From positions 21,915 to 53,914 of the forward strand of contig JACJNZ010000093.1 in assembly GCA_014695325.1 (NCBI GenBank): 32,000 nt of DNA. Direction: 5' to 3'. Source of the DNA: Cyanobacteria bacterium FACHB-502 (lineage in GTDB: Bacteria; Cyanobacteriota; Cyanobacteriia; Elainellales; Elainellaceae). Under the pieces are notes generated by a model. It saw nothing but the letters and a program-made list of their open reading frames with translations. It did not search any database and was not told the DNA's origin. Positions 25,176-32,000 of the stretch are shown one piece after another (the stretch's first letter is position 1; each line of letters opens with the position of its first letter). The position numbers and the translations under genes are program-made.

Positions 25176-26390
25176 GTGACAACTATACTCTTTGTGCATG
25201 GAACTGGGGGTAGAAAAGGAGCCTATGCTGAAACTTTCAAACAGATGGAGCAATCTCTTCAAAAACGCAGGCCTGATGCTAAGTTGGTTCCCTGCCTCTG
25301 GGGCGATCCTTTAGGGGCAAAACTTAATGCTGGAGGAGCTTCCATCCCTACCTATGAGGAATCACAAGGAGGGCAGGAGCTAACCCTTGAAGAGGAAAGT
25401 GTTCGCCTATGGGAAAATCTTTACAAAGATCCGTTTTACGAAATGCGGTTATTAGGGTTAAGACCCCTAAAAGCGCAAAGATCTGTCCCTGGTCAAGTCA
25501 CGCCTTCCCAGCAACTGAGAAGTAGAGCCGAATCCCTCACAGCCAATGTAGAACTACAGTCAAAGCTAAACGATTTAGGAATTGGTGCTGTTTTCAAACA
25601 GGCTTGTGAAGTGATCACGGGCATTAACTCTAGACCATTCGGTCGGTTACTAGAGACAACCTCTCGACCTTTAGATGGCGATTATGCTGCGATCGCAAGA
25701 GCGATTGTCTCTGTATCTCGAATTCTGTGCAAGGAACAGGAAATGTATCCCTGGCTTTTGGTAGACAATCATTTGCGGGATGAAGCAGTTGACGCAATCC
25801 AGCAGACTCTGACTCGTAACGAAACTTCAAGAGGTTTCCTTTTAGGCTGGATTAAAAGCCAGCTTACAGGGTTAGCTTTAGGAGTTAGTACGAATAAGAT
25901 TAGCCGGAAGCGAGGGGCTGTGATGGATGGAACCTATCCATTTGCAGGAGACATCTTGATCTATCAAGCTAGAGGCAAAAAGATCCGTGAGTTTATCCGG
26001 AGCCAGATTGAAAATGAGCAAATTCAGCCACCTGTTGTTCTGCTTGCCCATAGCTTGGGTGGTATTGCCTGTGTTGATTTGCTAATCGAACACGACTTAC
26101 GAGACAAGGTTAAATATCTTGTTACTGTTGGATCGCAGGCACCATTCTTCTATGAAATTGATGCGTTACACACTTTGTCTTATGGTGAGCTATTGCCCAA
26201 GCACTTTCCAAAATGGCTCAATATTTACGATTTAAGGGATTTTTTGAGTTATATCGGTAATTGCGAGGGGATCTTTCCCGGAAAACTCACAGATGTTCCA
26301 GTAGATAATAGGCAACCCTTTCCAGAAGCTCATGGGGCTTACTGGGCTAACGAACAGACCTGGGACGAGATTGAAAAGGTACTGCCATGA
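25176..26390 (+). CDS. Alpha/beta-hydrolase-fold serine hydrolase (lipase/esterase-like), 404 aa
   Basis: GTG start preceded by AAGAAGG. The N-terminal strand ILFVHGTGG, the nucleophile elbow VVLLAHSLGGIACVDLL, then YDLRDFLS and PEAHGAYW are consistent with a Ser-Asp-His triad. Confidence 0.75.
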   Translation: MTTILFVHGTGGRKGAYAETFKQMEQSLQKRRPDAKLVPCLWGDPLGAKLNAGGASIPTYEESQGGQELTLEEESVRLWENLYKDPFYEMRLLGLRPLKAQRSVPGQVTPSQQLRSRAESLTANVELQSKLNDLGIGAVFKQACEVITGINSRPFGRLLETTSRPLDGDYAAIARAIVSVSRILCKEQEMYPWLLVDNHLRDEAVDAIQQTLTRNETSRGFLLGWIKSQLTGLALGVSTNKISRKRGAVMDGTYPFAGDILIYQARGKKIREFIRSQIENEQIQPPVVLLAHSLGGIACVDLLIEHDLRDKVKYLVTVGSQAPFFYEIDALHTLSYGELLPKHFPKWLNIYDLRDFLSYIGNCEGIFPGKLTDVPVDNRQPFPEAHGAYWANEQTWDEIEKVLP

Positions 26391-29300
26391 CTACCGCTGC
26401 CATCCAGCCCATTAATGTTTATGCCTTGATCGTGGGGATCGAAAAATATCAAGCAGGTTCGGACTATGACTTAGATGGACCTGCTAACGATGCTTTGAAG
26501 TTTGCTAATTGGCTTTTAGCTCACGGAGTTGAACCTGGGCATATTTACCTATTTTTATCGCCCACAGATAGAAATCAAGGAATACTATCCTCAGCAGAGG
26601 ATAAAGGTTTGATGCCTTCACCTGCAACCCATGACCGGATCGCTCGCATCATCCGTGCTCGATTAACGAATGAAAGGAGCCGAGGCGATCTGCTCTATGT
26701 CTTCTGGGGTGGACACGGGATTATTACAAAGATGGGGATGACTACCCGACGTCTCTTTTTTGCAGATACTGATGATGATACTAAATGGAATCTAGACTTT
26801 AATTCATTGGTAGATGCGCTCAGCACCTCAGCGTATGGGGCGGGTTTCTCAAAACAGATATTTTTGATTGATGCTTGTGCTAATGCATTCTATGAAGGAG
26901 TGGCTCAGACGAGGCAAGGCGTTGCTGCTGGAGTCGAGTTCGCAGCTAATGGTGATCTCGATCAGGCTGAACAATTCATCTTATTTGCTTCGCCAGAGTA
27001 TGAGGTGGCGACCAATAACTCTAATACAGGTACAGGACATTTTTCTCAAGCTGTATTAGAGATTTTTCAGGAACAACCGCTATTGCCTAATATGAAAGCA
27101 ATAGCAGAGCAAATTCAATCAGATTTCATTGAAAAACAGAAGGTATTGCCTTCATACTGGATCAAACTTCCAAATAAGCAGATTCAATGTTTGTCAAAAA
27201 AATCTTCAGTGTTTGGTCATGCTAATAACATACCCCCTAGCAGCGTTAAGGAGTTTGTCGGGCGTGAGTCAAAGCTAGAGGAGTTGCATCAGATATTAGA
27301 AGAGAATGGTGGAGCCGAAATTTGCCACATAGAGGGAATGGGTGGCGTAGGCAAAACTGAGCTTGCTAAACAGTATGGACTAAAATATCTTTCGGATTAT
27401 ACAGGCGGTATTTGTTGGATAGATGCCAAAAATTCAGATATAGAAAGAAAGATTGTCAATTTTGCTGTTGAGAATTTTGGGGCAAAATTTGATGAAGTTT
27501 CAGGAAGCAAAGTCAACTATTGTTGGAATACTTGGCAGAAGTGGAGAGAGGGAAATGTTCTGATAGTATTTGATGATGTCACTAACTTCACCCAAATTAA
27601 GCCATACCTACCACGCCAAAACTCACAATTCTTTGTATTAATTACTACTCGAAAGACATTAGGAGCATCGCTTGTGTCAATTCCCTTGGAGCCACTCGAT
27701 CGTGATGCATCTATACAGTTACTAAAGTCCTTAATTGGAGATGAACGAGTTAATAGAGAATCGGTAGCTGCTAACGAACTCTGTGCATGGTTAGGTGACC
27801 TGCCGCTAGGATTGGATTTGGCTGGCAGATATCTATTACGAATGAGGAGATTAAGCCTAGAGCGCTTACTATATCTGCTTAGGGAAAAGTACTCCCTCAG
27901 GCATGGATCTATGAGATCAACTGACCCAACAATGGAATATCAGACAGGTGTAGCTGCTGCCTTTGACTTAAGTTGGGATGAATTATCTGAACCAGCCCAA
28001 AAACTGGGATATATATTAGCTTTATTTGACCTAGGCCCAGTTCCGTTAACACTGGTAGAAGAAGCCATTAATGTATCCTCTCCTAATGAAACTGCTAACC
28101 TAATCTTAGAAGATATTAGAGCAGATTTTTTAGATGGGGTAGATGCTTCAAATATAGTTGCAGAACTTGAAGTTCTGAACTTAATTAGAGATGAAGATGT
28201 GAATAATCAAATAGTTCGTTTACATGAGTTGATTCGAGAATTCTTTCGAGGTAAGCGAGATGAAGAATCATATACCGAAATTGCGACTGATCTTCAGCAT
28301 GAATTTTCAAGAGGCATGCTTGCAATAGCAGAACAAGCTCTAGAAGCAAGCAACTTTTCCCGACCTCATTTAAGGGCGCTCCTAAACTTTCTAATTCGTG
28401 TACCGAAAGCAGAGCAGATAGATACAACTCTTCTCGATTTTCTAGATCTACTGTCTCGTTACTATAGTTTTCAGCAATACATTTATGACACTGGTTATTT
28501 AGAAAGTGCAATCGCAAAATTAGAGGGAGCTAAGACTTATCTGCAGGGATTAGAAGTCCCTAATGAAAAGGCAAAAGTGCTTGTTGGTAAGCTACTTGGT
28601 CATGCTTACTACGCTAATCCTGGTCAACACAGACTTCAAGCTATTCAAAGCATGCTTGAAGCTCAAGGGATAGCAAACAGTGCTGATCAAGCAGATGTAA
28701 CTGGGGCTGATCATGAACTTTGGCTTTGGTATCAAATATTTCTACTTGACCATGTTCACAATCAACTCTCCAAGCTTCCTGAACCCGTCCTAAACTTAAC
28801 TGCTGAAGAGCTAGAAGCACAGATAGCAGAGTTACTTCCTACTAGCCTAGAAGACATAAATGTTCCGCCAGAGTCGGAAGATGTATTACCATCCATACTG
28901 CGTGCGGCTCACTACTGGGGACATCGAGGTAATCAAGTCACTGACCAACTACAACGCCTATTATTTAGTTCTCTCTCAACTGTTGAACCTGCTGAGATAG
29001 AGAGTTTATCTGAGCAAGGTATCCGCTATTATTCCCTTGCAGCAACTCTAAGGGCTGCAAACTTTCGCTTGTCATTTCCCCAAGAATTTCAACAGCATCT
29101 TGCTATTACCTTGGTGGAAGTACCCCATTTACCACAATGGTTATTAAACTGGAACCCTTCAACAAACTCGATAGAGTTTGAACGTTTTACAAGTGCATCA
29201 CAAGCCGTTGGTGATATTGCACATCAATATAGAGGTCTAGCAACAGTTCAGCTTTGGAAATATTTCTATGAGGTTTCTAGAGGTTTAGAAAGCACATTAC

Positions 29301-29614
29301 TTGACGAAGCCCGTATTGTTCTAGATATTGCATCTAGGCTTTGGGAGGAAGCTAAGTCTCTTCTTGCACCGGGTGAGCAAGTAATTAAATATTACATGTG
29401 GATGGCTAGTTCAGAGATGATGCTATTGCTATTAGAGAGGTACAACTCAAACGATCAGTTTCCTACCCAATCAGAGGTGGAAGAGCAGGCATCTGCACAG
29501 ATAGATGAGTTACAAGAGCAGTATGGTTTAGTCTATGAGTGGGCAAAGGACAAAGTTTTGGATTTAGCTAGGGGATTTCACAATTTGCTCTCTAACTTGC
29601 AACGTTCGCCCTAA
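26387..29614 (+). CDS. Caspase-like (peptidase C14) - NB-ARC STAND NTPase - helical-repeat protein, 1075 aa
   Basis: Caspase core: YALIVGIEKY, His in VFWGGHGII (H110, 26714-26716), Cys in IFLIDACANAF (C164, 26876-26878). NB-ARC: FVGRESKLEEL, P-loop GMGGVGKTELAKQY, Walker B VLIVFDDV, LITTR, GDLPLGLDLAG. The C-terminal ~500 aa look helical/TPR-like. The ATG overlaps the upstream stop (ATGA at 26387-26390). Confidence 0.85.
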   Translation: MTTAAIQPINVYALIVGIEKYQAGSDYDLDGPANDALKFANWLLAHGVEPGHIYLFLSPTDRNQGILSSAEDKGLMPSPATHDRIARIIRARLTNERSRGDLLYVFWGGHGIITKMGMTTRRLFFADTDDDTKWNLDFNSLVDALSTSAYGAGFSKQIFLIDACANAFYEGVAQTRQGVAAGVEFAANGDLDQAEQFILFASPEYEVATNNSNTGTGHFSQAVLEIFQEQPLLPNMKAIAEQIQSDFIEKQKVLPSYWIKLPNKQIQCLSKKSSVFGHANNIPPSSVKEFVGRESKLEELHQILEENGGAEICHIEGMGGVGKTELAKQYGLKYLSDYTGGICWIDAKNSDIERKIVNFAVENFGAKFDEVSGSKVNYCWNTWQKWREGNVLIVFDDVTNFTQIKPYLPRQNSQFFVLITTRKTLGASLVSIPLEPLDRDASIQLLKSLIGDERVNRESVAANELCAWLGDLPLGLDLAGRYLLRMRRLSLERLLYLLREKYSLRHGSMRSTDPTMEYQTGVAAAFDLSWDELSEPAQKLGYILALFDLGPVPLTLVEEAINVSSPNETANLILEDIRADFLDGVDASNIVAELEVLNLIRDEDVNNQIVRLHELIREFFRGKRDEESYTEIATDLQHEFSRGMLAIAEQALEASNFSRPHLRALLNFLIRVPKAEQIDTTLLDFLDLLSRYYSFQQYIYDTGYLESAIAKLEGAKTYLQGLEVPNEKAKVLVGKLLGHAYYANPGQHRLQAIQSMLEAQGIANSADQADVTGADHELWLWYQIFLLDHVHNQLSKLPEPVLNLTAEELEAQIAELLPTSLEDINVPPESEDVLPSILRAAHYWGHRGNQVTDQLQRLLFSSLSTVEPAEIESLSEQGIRYYSLAATLRAANFRLSFPQEFQQHLAITLVEVPHLPQWLLNWNPSTNSIEFERFTSASQAVGDIAHQYRGLATVQLWKYFYEVSRGLESTLLDEARIVLDIASRLWEEAKSLLAPGEQVIKYYMWMASSEMMLLLLERYNSNDQFPTQSEVEEQASAQIDELQEQYGLVYEWAKDKVLDLARGFHNLLSNLQRSP

Positions 29615-29638
29615 ATGTATAAATATATCAGCGAACCT

Positions 29639-30421
29639 TTAGCCCAAAGATGTTCTTGTTTTTTTCTTGTAAGGGTTTTGCGAAACTGTAACAATTGCTC
29701 CCGTCGCTGGAAAAGATTTATCACTAAGCCAGAAAACAACTTGATGTGCTATGTCTTCAGGCAAAATCATTCGACCAAAAGGAATATCAGATTCTGGTAG
29801 ATTGTTTTGCCAGCCGGGAGGAAACCCATCAGCAACTTTACGTTCTATTTCAGCCTCCGTCAAAACCCACCCAACATTTAAGTGATTTACTCGTATCCCC
29901 TTACGCTGTAAAGAGAAGTAATTTGCAACCGTTTGTGTAACATTTACCAATGCTGCCTTAGAAGCAGAGTATGAAACTTGGTTCTCTTCCCCGCACAATG
30001 CATTTGTTGAACCAATATTAACAATTGACCCACGAGTGTTTTCGAGGAATGGAGTAGCTGCCTTTATTAGTAGAAGTGGAGCCAATACATTAACCTTCAT
30101 AACTTCTAGAAAAGTTTCTGGTTGAAACTGATCTAAAGTATCCCTTTGGATCAAAGCGGCGTTATTAACGAGTCCATCAAGCTTACCAAATTTATCAAAA
30201 GTGTACTGAATAACATCTGTACAGAAAGAGGAATCTGCTAAATTACCAACTTGATAGCTTGATTGACTACCCAATTCAGTGCAAAGCGATTTAGCAAGAT
30301 CTTCTTCTAAACCAGTAATCATAACCTGTGCGCCTTCTTCAATACAGTTCCGTGCAATAGCTGCTCCAATTCCCTTTGTCGCTCCTGTAATAAGAATGAC
30401 TTTGTTTGATAAGTTTTTCAT
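29639..30421 (-). CDS. Short-chain dehydrogenase/reductase (SDR) family oxidoreductase
   Basis: Rossmann motif VILITGATKGIGAAIA, NNAA, catalytic S...YSASKAAL (YxxxK); 260 aa. Confidence 0.9.
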   Translation of the reverse strand: MKNLSNKVILITGATKGIGAAIARNCIEEGAQVMITGLEEDLAKSLCTELGSQSSYQVGNLADSSFCTDVIQYTFDKFGKLDGLVNNAALIQRDTLDQFQPETFLEVMKVNVLAPLLLIKAATPFLENTRGSIVNIGSTNALCGEENQVSYSASKAALVNVTQTVANYFSLQRKGIRVNHLNVGWVLTEAEIERKVADGFPPGWQNNLPESDIPFGRMILPEDIAHQVVFWLSDKSFPATGAIVTVSQNPYKKKTRTSLG

Positions 30422-30428
30422 GTTGTTA

Positions 30429-31025
30429 CTATTTTTGAAACTTCGTCACGGGACTATCTTCGGTGATATTGCTCAATTCAGAACTGATGTAGCGATAGTA
30501 GGTCGGACGGCTAATTCCAAGGTGTTCACAAATGGACGTGACGGATCGCTTCGGGTCTGCTGCCAGCGATCGCCCAATCTCAATCTCTTGAGGTGTCAAC
30601 TTCTGCTGTCGTCCCCCTTTCCGACCTCTGGCTCTTGCCGCTTGTAGCCCTGCTTGAGTTCGTTCCCGAATTAGATTCCGCTCAAACTCCGCCAGTGCGC
30701 CAAACATGTGAAAGATGAGTTTTCCACCGCTTGTGGTCGTATCAATGTTCTCCTGAAGCGATCGCAGTCCAATTTTGCGCTTTTCCATCTCCTCAACCAG
30801 CGCAATCAAATCCTTAAGCGATCGCCCCAATCGGTCAAGCCGCCAAGCGACAAGCGTATCCCCTTCCCTTGCGAAGTCAAAGGCTTTCTTCAGTCCAGGG
30901 CGATCAGCTTTAGTACCACTCATTTTGTCGGAAAAGATCTTTTCACACCCTGCGGTTTGAAGCGCGTCTTGTTGCAAGGCAAGATTTTGGTCATCCGTTG
31001 AAACGCGTTGATAGCCGATTAGCAT
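30429..31025 (-). CDS. Small serine recombinase (resolvase/invertase family)
   Basis: MLIGYQRVSTDDQNLALQ (catalytic Ser), DTLVAWRLDRLGRS, FGALAEFERNLIRERT and a C-terminal HTH (SICEHLGISRPTYYRY); 198 aa. Confidence 0.92.
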   Translation of the reverse strand: MLIGYQRVSTDDQNLALQQDALQTAGCEKIFSDKMSGTKADRPGLKKAFDFAREGDTLVAWRLDRLGRSLKDLIALVEEMEKRKIGLRSLQENIDTTTSGGKLIFHMFGALAEFERNLIRERTQAGLQAARARGRKGGRQQKLTPQEIEIGRSLAADPKRSVTSICEHLGISRPTYYRYISSELSNITEDSPVTKFQK

Positions 31026-31026
31026 A

Positions 31027-31080
31027 GCAGTAGCAGATCTAATGTACTGCTACTGTATCAGAACTCATTAGATCTGCTGC
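31027..31080. promoter_or_regulatory. Candidate recombinase crossover (res/hix-like) site directly upstream of the recombinase gene
   Basis: AGCAGATCTAATG (31032-31044) and its exact reverse complement CATTAGATCTGCT (31066-31078) are separated by 21 bp. They overlap a second dyad, CAGTAGCA (31028-31035) / TGCTACTG. Function is inferred from position only. Confidence 0.45.
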
Positions 31081-31469
31081 ATTTTGAAACATAGATTTAT
31101 TGACGGGATTTATTTACACATCAGGTGACGTAAAAGAGGCAATCGCCCTTCTCTAAGCAGACTGTAAATAAAAGGGTCGTTTTATTTACAAATCTAACTG
31201 GCACACCTAAATCGGCAGTTTGCCAAAAACAAATACTAAAATTCCCTAGCTGCAATCGTAGAAACTCTCACCAGTTGTCCGTTGCAGAAATATAAGGGAG
31301 TCTACCATTATCGAATTTAATCATTTCTCGAAGGGTTAACTAACGGCTCAAATCAGCGGCAGCAGATAAGCTTGAACTCAGCACTAGTGGCCTTCGACCG
31401 CCCGCTGCATTTGAATTGTTAGACTGCGTTGATTCTCCACCATTACTTAAATGAAAAGCTTTAATCTCT

Positions 31470-31931
31470 TCACTTTGCGAGACCTCTGATAATAACCTTG
31501 ATGGCTTGAATAGCAGATCTTTTTGCTCGCTGCCCAGAAATCCTTCCCTCAACATCTGAATCGAACGGATCAAGAAGCTTTCGATTTCCAGAACGGAAAC
31601 ATCTGATAGCCAGAAATGGATAACATCCCTCCTTGTAAGGGTCTTTGATTTCTACATCAACCATGCGCTTAAAATGTGTTTCAGTTTGAGCAAGTGACAA
31701 TGACTCAAATTCAACTAATTTTTTAATATTTAATAAATTCTGTAATTTGAGTATTTGTTTTGGATATTCAAACCAATTCCACTTTAAATGCCAGCCAACT
31801 CTCTGACAAAAAACATCGAAAACTTCTAATTCATCTCTACCCTCGGACAGTTTTAACCAAATGTCTTTCTGAACATTAAATCCATATAATCCTCCACTAT
31901 AATTGATCCATAAGTCATTAATTATATTCAA
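31470..31931 (-). CDS. GUN4-like domain protein (153 aa, TTG start as given in the ORF track)
   Basis: LWINYSGGLYGFNVQKDIWLKL......FCQRVGW resembles the GUN4 domain signature (W..yS.G.fGFsvQk.IW...vGW). An in-frame stop lies just upstream, so this is a stand-alone domain. The start codon is uncertain. Confidence 0.55.
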   Translation of the reverse strand: MNIINDLWINYSGGLYGFNVQKDIWLKLSEGRDELEVFDVFCQRVGWHLKWNWFEYPKQILKLQNLLNIKKLVEFESLSLAQTETHFKRMVDVEIKDPYKEGCYPFLAIRCFRSGNRKLLDPFDSDVEGRISGQRAKRSAIQAIKVIIRGLAK

Positions 31932-32000
31932 ATCTTGTAGCGGAAAATTTTCGAGCCGCTTAATGTTGTAGCCAGAGCCTAGAAGAAAAGCCAGTTTTAC

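Noticed and set aside
24622-25262. Minus-strand ORFs 24622-24915 and 24957-25262
   Set aside because: They have no recognisable domains, odd composition and no Shine-Dalgarno-like sequence. The second overlaps the start of the hydrolase gene on the other strand. I treated the region as non-coding.
29615-29800. 61-aa plus-strand ORF after the STAND gene
   Set aside because: It lies entirely antisense to the well-supported SDR gene (29639-30421) and has no coding features.
31340-31573. 77-aa minus-strand ORF overlapping the 3' end of the GUN4-like ORF
   Set aside because: It overlaps a better-supported frame and its translation is low complexity (SSSLSAAADLSR). It is likely spurious.

Overview
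This is a 32-kb accessory region that looks cyanobacterial: the HIP1 octamer GCGATCGC occurs at least eight times (e.g. 1498, 2164, 2915, 15036, 25689, 30566, 30758, 30818). It is probably plasmid-borne, since parA/parB are present. All calls rest on reading the ORF translations and the DNA by eye; no database search was possible.

Left end: an IS6-family insertion sequence (37-865, perfect 17-bp terminal inverted repeats) has truncated a DUF1016/YhcG-type nuclease gene. A parA-parB partition pair follows.

Centre (3302-19662): a complete type 1 BREX operon in the order brxA-brxB-brxC-pglX-pglZ-brxL, on one strand with gaps of 14 nt or less. It carries three extra embedded genes:
- An ABC/AAA_21-like ATPase plus a 181-aa PD-(D/E)xK-like ORF sit between brxC and pglX. 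This is my best candidate for an undescribed defence module.
- A DUF262/DUF1524 (GmrSD/BrxU-like) gene sits between pglX and pglZ.

Right third:
- A repeat-rich mosaic in which roughly 95-bp inverted repeats bound two small cassettes. One holds a 372-aa PD-(D/E)xK-like gene. The other is GC-rich and holds a glycolipid-binding-domain gene and a Cys-rich Nmad2-like gene.
- Twin identical-core hairpins flanking a coiled-coil ORF.
- A translationally coupled alpha/beta-hydrolase plus caspase-NB-ARC-helical-repeat STAND gene pair.
- An SDR oxidoreductase, a serine recombinase with a palindromic res/hix-like site, and a GUN4-like domain ORF.

I saw no rRNA, tRNA or CRISPR array.
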